From a bacterium (GTDB taxonomy: Bacteria; SAR324; NAC60-12), in assembly GCA_965205865.1 (NCBI GenBank), contig CBDBHR010000030.1, forward strand, positions 448,001 to 512,000: 64,000 bases of DNA, in the 5' to 3' direction. The first letter of the stretch is position 1, and each line of letters starts with the position of its first letter. The notes beneath the pieces are model-generated. The model was not told the origin of the DNA. It made no database searches and worked only from the letters and a program-made list of their open reading frames with translations. Both the position numbers and the translations under genes were made by a program. Below are positions 30,890 through 40,445 of this stretch, piece by piece.

Positions 30890-33292
30890 TCAGATAAGCA
30901 CGTTTTCTTTTTCTTCCGGCACACGGAAATAATTGCAGTTGGACTGAGGACATTTTAAGTAACTATTTTTTCCGGACTGCCTCTCTTCCATGATTGGAAA
31001 TCCACATTGAGGACAGGCTTCTCCAACTGGCCGATTCCAAATCGAATATTTACACTTGGGATAATTGGAACAGCTGTAAAACACCTTCCCTTTTCGAGAT
31101 TTTCTCTCGAGGAGGGAGCCTTTCTTGCAGTGAGGACAGGCAACTTCCGTATCTATTTGAACTTTTTTCCGAACATAGTTGCACCGGGGATAATTTTCAC
31201 AAGAAACAAAAGGGCCATAACGACCTCTACGCTGAACCAAACCAGAACCACAAATTTCGCAATCACCCTCCACAAGGATGGTAGATTCTTCCTCCAACGG
31301 TTTTGTGTTCCGGCATTTTGGATAATTGGAACAGGCATAAAATTTTCCAAAACGTCCAATCTTAATTTTAAAAGGTTGCCCACATTTGTCACATAAAACG
31401 TCACTGACATCCGGTTTGACGATAAGGGGGTCGCCGTTGGCATCCCGAGTCAGTTCCGCCGTAAATTTGCAGTCGGGATAATTGGTACAGGCCAAAAATT
31501 CTCCATGTTTACCCCACTTGACCACCAACATATTTTGGCAGATTTCACATTGGATATTGGTGGGAATTTCCTGTTTTTTGACATCTCGCATCTTCACCTG
31601 AGCTTCTTGCAGGTCCTTTTTGAATTTCTGATAAAAGACACGAATCGCTTCTCTCCAATTTTCATCACCCGCTTCGACAGCATCTAAAATATCTTCCAGG
31701 TGGGCAGTGAAATGGACGTCAAGGATTTCAGGAAAATTTTCTACGAGTAGTTCATCGACGAGTATGCCTATCGAGGTGGGATGGAAGCGATTTTTGTCTC
31801 GTTTTACGTATTCGCGCTTCGTGATGGTTTCCAGAATGGATGCGAAGGTGCTGGGACGTCCAATTCCTTTTTCTTCCAATTCCCGGATCAAGGTAGCCTG
31901 GCTATACCGAGGAGGCGGCTCTGTGAAGTATTGAAAAGGCGTGACTTTGCTAACTTGCAGCACTTCTCCTTCTCTCAAAGGGGGCAGGGGCTGATCGGGT
32001 TCTTCATCTTTTTGAACGTCATCTTTTCCTTCTTCATAGAGTTTGAGAAATCCTGAAAACACCAAGACTGATCCGGTTACTCTCCATAAAAACTTTCCTG
32101 CCGTGATTTCGACCTGCGTTTGGTCAAAAACCGCGGAGGACATTTGGGAGGCAACAAAACGGTTCCAAATCAATTCATAGAGACCTTGCTGGTCTATATT
32201 GAGAAAGGAACGTGTCTGTTTCGGAGAATTTTGCATGGAAGTCGGGCGAATCGCCTCATGCGCATCCTGAATCTTTTTGGATGGTTTTGTTTTGGAGATT
32301 CTCGCTTTGTCCGGACAGTAGGATTTGCCATAAGTCTCAATGATCATCTGACGGACTTCCTCGAGTATGCTCGCGGAGATGCGCAGAGAGTCGGTCCGCA
32401 TGTAAGTGATCAGTCCACCAATTTCGTCATTCACCCCTTCATAGAGCTGCTGGGCGATCCGCATGCACTGAGCACTACTGAAACCCAATTTGCGGGACGC
32501 TTCCTGCTGCAGAGTCGAGGTGATGAATGGACCTACAGGATGCCGAAGGCGTTGTTTCTTGGTGACTTTGTTGACAACAAATGTTTCCTTTTGAGATTGC
32601 TCTACAATGTCAGTAGCGGTTTTCTCATCACGGATGACGACAGTTTTGCCTTTCTGTTGTGCCAGTTTGATCTGAAATGACTGTTTTTCCTGATTTATGG
32701 CCGTTGCAGTAATTTTCCAATACTCTTCGGATTTGAACTTCTTGATCTCAGCTTCCCGTTGGCAAACCAGACGCACGGCCACCGATTGGACACGACCTGC
32801 ACTGAGGCCATAGCGCACTTTTTTCCATAAAAGGGGACTGATTTGATAACCCACCAATCTGTCTAATACGCGCCTGGCTTTTTGGGCTTCGTATTTATGA
32901 AAATCAAGGCTGCCGACTTGCTGAATTTTTTCTAAAACCGAGCTTTTAGTGATTTCAAAGAGAAGCAGGCGAAAAATGTCTCCCTTGTAATAGGGTCGTA
33001 TTTCTTCGGCAAGATGGACGGCAATGGCTTCTCCTTCTCGATCCGGATCAGGAGCCAAATAGACGTTTTGCGCGGATTTTGCGGCCTTTCGAATGTCTCT
33101 GAGTATCTTCAGTCTTGATGAGATGACATCATACTCCGGCTCAAAATCGCTTTCGATATTTACTCCCAAACGGTCTTTAGGAAGGTCTTTCACATGACCG
33201 ACGGTAGCAAGCACCCGGAAATCCTTGCCCAAGTATTTATTGATTGTTTTGGCTTTAGCCGGGGATTCCACAATTACCAATGAAGTAGCCAT
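30890..33292 (-). CDS. topA: DNA topoisomerase I with C-terminal zinc ribbons
   Basis: LVIVESPAKAKTI, DPDREGEAI, SAGRVQS, ITYMRTDS, QDAHEAIRPT, GIGRPST, repeated C4 ribbons; start taken at MATSLVIVES. Confidence 0.98.
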   Translation of the reverse strand: MATSLVIVESPAKAKTINKYLGKDFRVLATVGHVKDLPKDRLGVNIESDFEPEYDVISSRLKILRDIRKAAKSAQNVYLAPDPDREGEAIAVHLAEEIRPYYKGDIFRLLLFEITKSSVLEKIQQVGSLDFHKYEAQKARRVLDRLVGYQISPLLWKKVRYGLSAGRVQSVAVRLVCQREAEIKKFKSEEYWKITATAINQEKQSFQIKLAQQKGKTVVIRDEKTATDIVEQSQKETFVVNKVTKKQRLRHPVGPFITSTLQQEASRKLGFSSAQCMRIAQQLYEGVNDEIGGLITYMRTDSLRISASILEEVRQMIIETYGKSYCPDKARISKTKPSKKIQDAHEAIRPTSMQNSPKQTRSFLNIDQQGLYELIWNRFVASQMSSAVFDQTQVEITAGKFLWRVTGSVLVFSGFLKLYEEGKDDVQKDEEPDQPLPPLREGEVLQVSKVTPFQYFTEPPPRYSQATLIRELEEKGIGRPSTFASILETITKREYVKRDKNRFHPTSIGILVDELLVENFPEILDVHFTAHLEDILDAVEAGDENWREAIRVFYQKFKKDLQEAQVKMRDVKKQEIPTNIQCEICQNMLVVKWGKHGEFLACTNYPDCKFTAELTRDANGDPLIVKPDVSDVLCDKCGQPFKIKIGRFGKFYACSNYPKCRNTKPLEEESTILVEGDCEICGSGLVQRRGRYGPFVSCENYPRCNYVRKKVQIDTEVACPHCKKGSLLERKSRKGKVFYSCSNYPKCKYSIWNRPVGEACPQCGFPIMEERQSGKNSYLKCPQSNCNYFRVPEEKENVLI

Positions 33293-33479
33293 ATATGAAT
33301 ATCTTTGAAAGTCGAGGTGAAGAGGTCTGAGGCCGACCAATCGAATATAGAATTTTAGGAAATTTTCCTGTCACTAATGTAAATGTTTCCCATACGGAGT
33401 CCTGAACATGACCGTCCTTTTACCTTATCTCGAGTCTTGGTCAATTATTGTCGATCCGGAATCCTATATAAAGTGTGGA

Positions 33480-34046
33480 TTAGTTCAAGTGAAAATTTTG
33501 TAACAATGCTGATTTTGAACTTTGAGGCTGCATCGACTTCATTTTTTTTAGCTGGATGAAATCAAGCAGTAGATGAGTGCTCCATCCTCCCATGCAGGCA
33601 ATGACAAGCCAACGGTGGTCAGCCAAATGCTGTGCGATCCGATCCACTGAGAAACTTTGAAAAAATTTTTCTTTGGTTAGTAGGTATTCATAAATACCTG
33701 CAATCACGACAGGGAACAACAAGACAGAAAAAAAATTATGCGTCCAACTGCGATGATTATTCAACAAGGGCGTGATTGCGACGATGGCCAGTAGCGTAGC
33801 CTCTTCGAAACGTTCATAGTAACCCAATATCAATAGGACCACAAATATGCCCCGGAAAAACCATCTCTGCGGAATGGAACTGATGTCCAAATCCGGAAAC
33901 AAACTGAAAAAAAGGGCAACTGCAAAAATTTGTCCCAACAATAAAGGAGGGGCCGGGATTCCTGACGCTTCACTGAGGACAAATGCGCTAACTGTTAGCG
34001 CCGTTCCCGTCACCATTCCTCCAGTTAGATGCCCTTTGAAGTTCAT
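33480..34046 (-). CDS. Membrane-bound metal-dependent hydrolase (YdjM/DUF457-like)
   Basis: MNFKGHL, SLFPDLD, HRSWTH, THLLLD motifs with TM helices. Confidence 0.85.
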   Translation of the reverse strand: MNFKGHLTGGMVTGTALTVSAFVLSEASGIPAPPLLLGQIFAVALFFSLFPDLDISSIPQRWFFRGIFVVLLILGYYERFEEATLLAIVAITPLLNNHRSWTHNFFSVLLFPVVIAGIYEYLLTKEKFFQSFSVDRIAQHLADHRWLVIACMGGWSTHLLLDFIQLKKMKSMQPQSSKSALLQNFHLN

Positions 34047-34232
34047 TTCTTCCCAGATATAAGATGGTTTTGAAAAATGCTCTTTGGGTGAGAGGATTAT
34101 CACTGATTTTGCTCAACTTGCAAAGTTCATGCCTCTAGTCATGTGGAAAAATAATATTTCGTTCGGAACGATAACATCTGAAAGTAGGCCTGTAGCGGTT
34201 TTTTCCTATTTGCCGGAGAGGATGCTCTACAC

Positions 34233-34484
34233 GTGGAGCGATATCTATCAATCCCTGAAATCATCAACACTCCTACAATGAGGCAAGCTATGGCAGTCTT
34301 AGAGAGATTTTCTGAAAAAGAAGTGAATTATCACTTATACCAGGCCCGTCAAAATGCCATCCGTGAAAAACAAACCAGGCAACAACTTTTAGAAGAGGCT
34401 CTCCGAGACAAGGAAGAGACAGAATCTAGAGAAAATCGTCTCAGAGAAAAGTTGAAAAAAGCAGGAATTGATCCGGATGCATAA
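34233..34484 (+). pseudogene. Rpn/PD-(D/E)XK nuclease-like C-terminal fragment
   Basis: PEIINTP.MRQAMAVLERFSEKE..YHLYQARQNAIRE; near-identical fragment at 41425-41612. Confidence 0.65.
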
Positions 34485-34731
34485 GAGGTGCAAGCATTGC
34501 GTCTCTACGGCGCCTTGCGTCATTTTGGCCTGCCGATTCGCTCTGAAATGAAAAATAATTCAATAAATTACTTTTCAGCACCTCCTTTTTCTACCGCAAC
34601 AAAGGATCATTCAGGAAGCTTGTCACTCCGTCACCGAAGTTCGTGGCAAGAACTAACAAACGGTCAAGAAAACGAGATTCACTACGTTTATGGAGGAGTA
34701 TTTTTTCTTGACCTTGAGCTTTTAGTGTGTG

Positions 34732-35613
34732 TTATCTCTTATTTTTCTCTAATTCTTTAACTTCTACTATAGATAAACCTGTTTTTTCAGCAATGGTCTT
34801 CGTGTCAAGAACATCTATTAATTGTTGAGCAATTTCTACTGCTTTTTGCTTCTCTCCTTCTTTCATCCCTTCTTTTTTCCCTAATCCATAAGAAGATTCC
34901 ACCATACTGGCTTGATAGTGAAGATCCTCCTGGTAGTGGTCGTAAGCAATTCGCTCTTGTTCGGGAAGTTTTAAAATATCGAGTTCCTCCTTTGCTTTTT
35001 TAATGCCTCTGGCTGTGAAATCTTCTTTAATTTCTTCATTTTTCAGAAAATAGATCCATTCATCTAGCCTATCTTTGGCGATATCGTTGAAACTATTGAC
35101 TTTGATTAAATAATATTCGGGAAACAGTTCGTGGATTTGCTCTTTGTCATAGAGGGCTTGCTGATTATCGCTTAATCGTAATTCATCGTGCTTATGAATG
35201 CCTTTGAAGATGGTCTTCCCCACATAAACATAATCCTCTCCTTGTCCTAAATCAAAGTAGAGAATGTTCACTGAAATAACCTTCACGACCTGAGAATAAG
35301 GTTCATTTTCTTGAATATGTTCGGTGATTGTCTTTGAGGTTCCAAATAAAATCCGTTGTAAATAATCAAACTCTCGTTCATATTGAACTTCAATGATAAT
35401 GACTTCTTGTTTGGAATTGCGCACTTTTAAATCAACACGGTTGAATTTATCGGATCGGGTCGTCTTGTTGCTTTCACTTTCCAGCAGTTCGATGATTTGA
35501 ATCTCTTCTTTGATCAACTCACTTAAAAAACCTTCCAAAATCTCGAAATTTGCTTTGCTTCTGAGCAGTTTCTTCATCGCCCAATCAAAACTAACCAAAT
35601 GTCTGCTTGACAT
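34732..35613 (-). CDS. Rpn family recombination-promoting nuclease/putative transposase (PD-(D/E)XK)
   Basis: SFDWAMKKLL, KFNRVDL, IIIEVQ, LDEWIYFLK, GKKEGMKEGEK, IAEKTGLS. Confidence 0.92.
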   Translation of the reverse strand: MSSRHLVSFDWAMKKLLRSKANFEILEGFLSELIKEEIQIIELLESESNKTTRSDKFNRVDLKVRNSKQEVIIIEVQYEREFDYLQRILFGTSKTITEHIQENEPYSQVVKVISVNILYFDLGQGEDYVYVGKTIFKGIHKHDELRLSDNQQALYDKEQIHELFPEYYLIKVNSFNDIAKDRLDEWIYFLKNEEIKEDFTARGIKKAKEELDILKLPEQERIAYDHYQEDLHYQASMVESSYGLGKKEGMKEGEKQKAVEIAQQLIDVLDTKTIAEKTGLSIVEVKELEKNKR

Positions 35614-36235
35614 GCTTGACTCCTCTTCAATTCATCTTCCATTACTTCTCTAAGATGCTGAAATCATCTCATTTTGTGGAAAACAACTCAAGGGAAAATA
35701 CACTAGGAGGAGAGCTATGATGCAGATAACAACTCCAAACTAACTTGTTTTCTGACAGCAGGGAAGAAATCAAGTTGAGTGCCTGCTTCGCTTTTTTCAG
35801 GAAAACCTTTTAGTTTTTTGATTTTCCCTTCTTCTTTAAGAAGGGGGAGAAGGACTCAAATGGTTTATGTGAATAATGATCGTTTCTTTTTCAGAAAGAC
35901 TAATGAGCCTACGGAAACATTCATCTAGTGGCATTCCCGCAACTTCTATTCCTTTACTCAAGAGAATTTCTAAATGATTGACGCGCTTGCTCCCATAAAT
36001 CCTGCAGTTCCTTCTCCTGGCCAGTCATGCTCGAAAGCGGGATTTTAATGCCTGCCGCCGTTTTCTCCAGTCGGTTTGAAACGTTTCGATTTGATCGAAC
36101 CTCTTTTCATCCGGCAGCCGTTTTTTCCCCTAACCGACCCCTGGACTAAAAAAGGTCACCGCCTTCATCAGGGCATCATGTTTTTCACAAGAGGGCAACG
36201 ATCAAAATAGGCCTTGACCCCTTCCGAGGCATCAA

Positions 36236-36460
36236 AGAGGGTTAAAGAATTTCTGCTGGTCTTTCTTTTTCCTTTGTGATAGTTCTCAAGAAATTGCCTT
36301 GGGCTGAAGGTTTTAAAGAATGGCTGCTTGTCTTTTGGTTTTTTTTGTGATAGTTCTCAAGAAATCAAGAAATTGCCTTTGACTGAAGGTTTTAAAGAAT
36401 GGCTGCTTGTCTTTTGGTTTCTCATTTGATAGATTTTAAGAAATTGCCTTTGGCTGAAGA
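36236..36460. repeat. Degenerate tandem repeat, ~70-80-bp unit, about three copies
   Basis: tgatagttctcaagaaattgcctt..ctgaaggttttaaagaatggctgcttgtcttttggttt at 36277-36341 and 36348-36420; partial copies at 36236-36275 and 36427-36459. Confidence 0.85.
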
Positions 36461-36564
36461 TTTTATTTCAATTTCGCTCATATTTATTCAGCCGAAAGTC
36501 ATGTAAAACATCATATTCTCACCAGAGGATTTTTAGAAACTGTCAACTGGGAATGGAAAAGTGC

Positions 36565-36778
36565 CGAATCCCGCATTTATTTTGCCTTGGGGGGTTGACA
36601 TTGGGTTGTTGTTGTTGTACTAAAATCATGCCATCATTGAGTTGTTTTAGTGAGAAAAGAAAGGGTTCCCGATCGATTGAACAATATCGTGAGAGGAATT
36701 GAAAACGATCGATCCTCCCCGGGAATCTTTTTTCACCGATATTGAACTAAACGGGTTTTCAGAGACTTGAATAGTTAC
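36565..36778 (+). promoter_or_regulatory. Duplicated promoter/leader, copy 1 (TTGACA at 36595)
   Basis: Highly similar to 42435-42645; TTGACA-17-TACTAA, small hairpin, multi-stem module plus T tract, ends in ACTTGAATAGTTAC. Confidence 0.7.
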
Positions 36779-37059
36779 CATTATCTTTATCTTTAGCAAG
36801 CGAGGTTCCTATGTATCTTAAGAAATTTCTGGCCCGCTTCCTTGGGCTGACCGTGGCAAACGTCGTGTCTGCCGCAAAAACCCGATTCGCCCCATGTCGG
36901 GTGAATCGTTCTCAAAACCCTCAATTTAGAGAGGTTCTTATGAATTGTATTATGAAGAAATTTGTTGCCTCCATCGCGAGGCTGAACCCGGCAGGCGCCG
37001 TGTCTGCTGTACAAAAACTTGTCCTCGCAAACTTGTCCCCGCGAAAGCGGGGAGCGGGG

Positions 37060-38841
37060 ATGCAACCCTTGTTGCTCACCTTCACCCTGATGTTGGCCGC
37101 CTTTTGGGTCAGCCCGGCAGCCGTGACTGCGCAAGAGATGGTAGAAGATCCCGCCACCGGCCAGACGTGGACCGCGCCAGAGTATGGCGGGACAATCACG
37201 CAAGCCGTGGTAGTCTTTCCTCCGAGTTGTTCCAACTGGTGGAATCTTGGCTGGGCACCTCACTTCATCAGTGGTGTGGTTGAGAGGCTAGCCTTCGCAG
37301 ACTGGGCAAAATCCAGGGAGATATGGGACGGTAGAGTATACGTCGTTCAGGCCCCGGAGATGAGCAGAGGGAATCTGGCGGAAAGCTGGTCAATGCCCGA
37401 CGCCACAACGTGGATCTGGAACATTCGTAAGGGCGTTAACTGGCATGACAAGGCGCCGATGAACGGTCGTCAATTCGATGCTAAGGATGTCGAATGGAAC
37501 TATCACCGCTATTTTGGTATGGGCGAATTCAGCGAAGACGGACCGAACGCCGCTGTGGGTGGTATCCACTATGGTATGGATGTCGCATCGATAACGGCCA
37601 CCGACCAATGGACGATTGAGATTAAGCTGAAGAAGCCTGACATAGATATGCCGGGGAAAATGCTCAACAACTACTTTTTTGCGCACGCCCCCGAGCAAAT
37701 CGAGCAATACGGTGACGCTAAGGATTGTACGACCCTGGTCGGCACCGGGCCCTTTGAGCTGGCTGAAGTGGTCGAAGGCAGTTCGGCAACCTGGAAGAAG
37801 AATCCAAAATACTGGGCGATGGACGAAAAATTCCCGCAAAACCGCCTGCCCTATATTGACGAGTTAAAGTCTCTCCTGATCCCAGATATGGCAGCCCGTC
37901 TGGCGGGACTGCGCACGGGTAAGATTGATATGATGGGTAACACCGGCGACGCTTATATCAACTCTGTCGACGATATGCAGAGCCTCCAGCGGTCTAGACC
38001 TGATATCGATATCTGGCCCGCTTATATCACTCAGGGTGGCGTTTTCTTTCTTAACTGGACTTTGCCGCCCCTTGACGACGTCAGAGTGCGCAAGGCCCTG
38101 CAGATGGCAGTGGACCGCGAGGCAATTGCCAAATCCTTCTTTAAGGGTTTTGGTGTACCTGCCCCTTATGGGATAGCAAAGCAAGATGGAGGGATGTATA
38201 GCTGGCCCTTTGAAGACTGGCCCGATGAGGTCAAGCGTGAGTATGAGTATCACCCGGAAGAAGCAGAAGCGTTGCTTGATGAGGCCGGATATAAACGCGG
38301 CGCCGACGGCTATCGATTCAAGCTCAAACTTGCCCATTTCGACCGGTGGGATGAGACCTATGCAGAAGTCATCATGGGGTACCTCGAGGCGATTGGCGTT
38401 GAAAGCGAGCTTAGGGTGATGCCTGTCGCTGAGTTTGGAACTATAAGAAAACCGGAAATGCAGCACGATTATGCGTTTGTGACTGGGTATTATGGGTGGT
38501 GGGGCAGCCCCGGCTTTTTGGGATACACCCTCTCAACTGTAAGCTCAGCTGACGGTAGCGATAGCACTACCAATATGAAGGACCCGCGTTTGGACAAGCT
38601 GTTTCTTGCCGCCCAAAAAACTACCGACCTGGAGGAGCTTAAGAGTATTTTCAGACAATTCGATGAGATCTGTATCAGGGACCACTGTGCCCTCAACAAA
38701 TCCGTCTCCCCTTTGTTTTTCGTGAGCCAGCCTTGGATCCAGGGTTATTTTGGTGAAGCAGGGATGGGATGGGGTGAACGGAATACCTTCCAAGCCCGCA
38801 TCTGGGTTGACCAGGAGCTGAAGGCAGCCAAAGGGAATTAG
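37060..38841 (+). CDS. ABC transporter substrate-binding protein, family 5 (DppA/OppA-like); start may be upstream (36952 or 36811)
   Basis: Signal peptide, PEYGGT, LAESW, IRKGV.WHD, VGTGPF, D.RVRKALQMAVDR, AEALLDEAGY. Confidence 0.93.
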   Translation: MQPLLLTFTLMLAAFWVSPAAVTAQEMVEDPATGQTWTAPEYGGTITQAVVVFPPSCSNWWNLGWAPHFISGVVERLAFADWAKSREIWDGRVYVVQAPEMSRGNLAESWSMPDATTWIWNIRKGVNWHDKAPMNGRQFDAKDVEWNYHRYFGMGEFSEDGPNAAVGGIHYGMDVASITATDQWTIEIKLKKPDIDMPGKMLNNYFFAHAPEQIEQYGDAKDCTTLVGTGPFELAEVVEGSSATWKKNPKYWAMDEKFPQNRLPYIDELKSLLIPDMAARLAGLRTGKIDMMGNTGDAYINSVDDMQSLQRSRPDIDIWPAYITQGGVFFLNWTLPPLDDVRVRKALQMAVDREAIAKSFFKGFGVPAPYGIAKQDGGMYSWPFEDWPDEVKREYEYHPEEAEALLDEAGYKRGADGYRFKLKLAHFDRWDETYAEVIMGYLEAIGVESELRVMPVAEFGTIRKPEMQHDYAFVTGYYGWWGSPGFLGYTLSTVSSADGSDSTTNMKDPRLDKLFLAAQKTTDLEELKSIFRQFDEICIRDHCALNKSVSPLFFVSQPWIQGYFGEAGMGWGERNTFQARIWVDQELKAAKGN

Positions 38842-38853
38842 TGCTGATAGAAC

Positions 38854-38937
38854 AATCCCCCTTTGAAAAAGGGGGATTTAGGGGGATTTTACAAGCATTG
38901 TCCAATGAAATCCCCCCTGGCCCCCTTTGAAAAAGGG
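38854..38937. repeat. Pair of CCCCCTTTGAAAAAGGG(GG) palindromes (REP-like)
   Basis: aatCCCCCTTTGAAAAAGGGGGatttagggggattt ... aaatcccccctggCCCCCTTTGAAAAAGGG between the SBP and permease genes. Confidence 0.8.
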
Positions 38938-38952
38938 AAGGAGGAGGATTTC

Positions 38953-39954
38953 ATGAAAACCTATCTCATCAGGCGGTTATTGCTGATTATCCCCACCTTA
39001 TGGATATTAACCATCATCGTCTATCTCGCAGTGCGCTTTATCCCCGGCAATATAGTAGACACCATGGTGGCTCAGATGGAATCGTGGCAGAATGTCAAGA
39101 TCGACCGCGAATCGCTTGAGCGTATGCTGGGACTGGACGTGCCTGTCTATGTGCAATATGGACGCTGGATAGGAGTGTTGCCGACTCCTGGCTGGCCTAC
39201 TGGTGAGTCCCACTTTAAAGGTCTCCTGCAAGGCACCTTTGGTGAATCCCTTCTTGGCGGTTGGTCGATAGAGGAGAGGCTCATCGGGAGATTGCCGGTC
39301 ACCCTCGAGCTTGGGGCCATGGCCATCGTCATCAGTCTCGTCATCGCCCTGCCCGTCGGTATCTACTCGGCGATTCGCCAGGATACCGCCACCGACTACG
39401 CAGGGCGCACCGTCGCCGTCATCGGTCTGGCAGCGCCGAACTTCTGGCTGGCCGTGATGGTCATGCTCTACCCGTCCATCTGGTGGGGCTGGTCGCCATC
39501 GTTGGAGCTGATCACATTCCAGGAAGACCCCCTGGGGAATCTCGGCATGTTCCTCATTCCGGCCGTAATTTTGGGGACGGGCATGGCGGCCGCCACCATG
39601 CGGATGATGCGCACCATGATGCTCGAGGTGCTCCGGCAGGACTATATCCGCACGGCCTGGGCCAAGGGGCTCAGGGAGCGGGTGATTATTATCGGACATG
39701 CCATCAAGAATGCATTCATCCCGGTAGTGACGCTCATTGGCCTGCAGCTCCCCCTCCTGATTGGGGGCGCCGTGATCATGGAAGAAATATTTACTCTACC
39801 GGGGATAGGTCGTATGTTTGTGGATGCCCTCAATAACAGAAACTACCCGGTAATTTCTGCAATAAACATGGTTTTTGCTATCGCGGTTTTGGGGATCAAT
39901 CTCATCATCGACCTGTTTTATGCTTTCCTGGACCCCAGGGTTCGGTATAAATGA
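38953..39954 (+). CDS. Peptide/nickel ABC permease (DppB-like)
   Basis: MKTYLIRRLL after SD GAGGAGG; RLPVTLEL, PNFWL, RQDYIRTAWAKGL, DPRVRY. Confidence 0.94.
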   Translation: MKTYLIRRLLLIIPTLWILTIIVYLAVRFIPGNIVDTMVAQMESWQNVKIDRESLERMLGLDVPVYVQYGRWIGVLPTPGWPTGESHFKGLLQGTFGESLLGGWSIEERLIGRLPVTLELGAMAIVISLVIALPVGIYSAIRQDTATDYAGRTVAVIGLAAPNFWLAVMVMLYPSIWWGWSPSLELITFQEDPLGNLGMFLIPAVILGTGMAAATMRMMRTMMLEVLRQDYIRTAWAKGLRERVIIIGHAIKNAFIPVVTLIGLQLPLLIGGAVIMEEIFTLPGIGRMFVDALNNRNYPVISAINMVFAIAVLGINLIIDLFYAFLDPRVRYK

Positions 39955-40429
39955 TTAGAGTTTTCAGTTTTCAGTTTTCAGCCTTGCTAATTTTATGCAG
40001 GATTTTCGAAATTTAAAAGTGTGGAAAAAATCCCATCTATTGACACTTAAAGTGTATCAATTTACTCAATTGTTTCCAGTGGAGGAACGCTATGGCTTAA
40101 CAAGTCAGATACGACGAGCTTCTATTTCTATCCCCACGAACATTGCTGAAGGATGTGGACGTGAAGGAAGTAAGGAATTATCTCGATTCTTGCAGATTGC
40201 TCTGGGCTCAGCGATGGAAGTAGAATATTTGATACTTTTTTGTAGGGATATAAAACTGTTCTCCGCAGAAATTTATGATTCATTGCAAAAAGAGGTTTCG
40301 GATATCAAGAAAATGTTAACTTCATTCATCAAGAAACTGAAAACAGAGAGTTGATAACTGAAAACTGAGAGCCGATAACTGAAAACTGACAGCTGAAAAC
40401 TGAAAACTTCAATAAAGTGCGGTATAAAT
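39943..40429. mobile_element. Putative insertion: four-helix-bundle gene with inverted heptamer arrays and 10-bp direct repeat
   Basis: CGGTATAAAT at 39943-39952 and 40420-40429; (TTTTCAG)3 at 39961-39981; ~10.5 AAACTGA-like units at 40334-40408. Confidence 0.65.
39995..40354 (+). CDS. Four helix bundle protein (23S rRNA IVP/TIGR02436 family)
   Basis: F.NLKVWKKSH.L...VY..T..FP.EERYGLTSQIRRAS.SIP.NIAEG.GR...ELSRFL.IA.GSA.E. Confidence 0.95.
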   Translation: MQDFRNLKVWKKSHLLTLKVYQFTQLFPVEERYGLTSQIRRASISIPTNIAEGCGREGSKELSRFLQIALGSAMEVEYLILFCRDIKLFSAEIYDSLQKEVSDIKKMLTSFIKKLKTES

Positions 40430-40445
40430 AGATGAAGTCAAAATC

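Noticed and set aside
36236-36460. Possible CRISPR array
   Set aside because: Units repeat along their whole length with no unique spacers, and no cas genes are present.
38863-38952. N-terminal extension of the permease ORF
   Set aside because: It is translated palindromic repeat; the SD and the paralog support the start at 38953.
39995-40354. Diversity-generating retroelement (Avd-like gene)
   Set aside because: No reverse transcriptase and no TR/VR pair with adenine-specific mismatches seen in the window.
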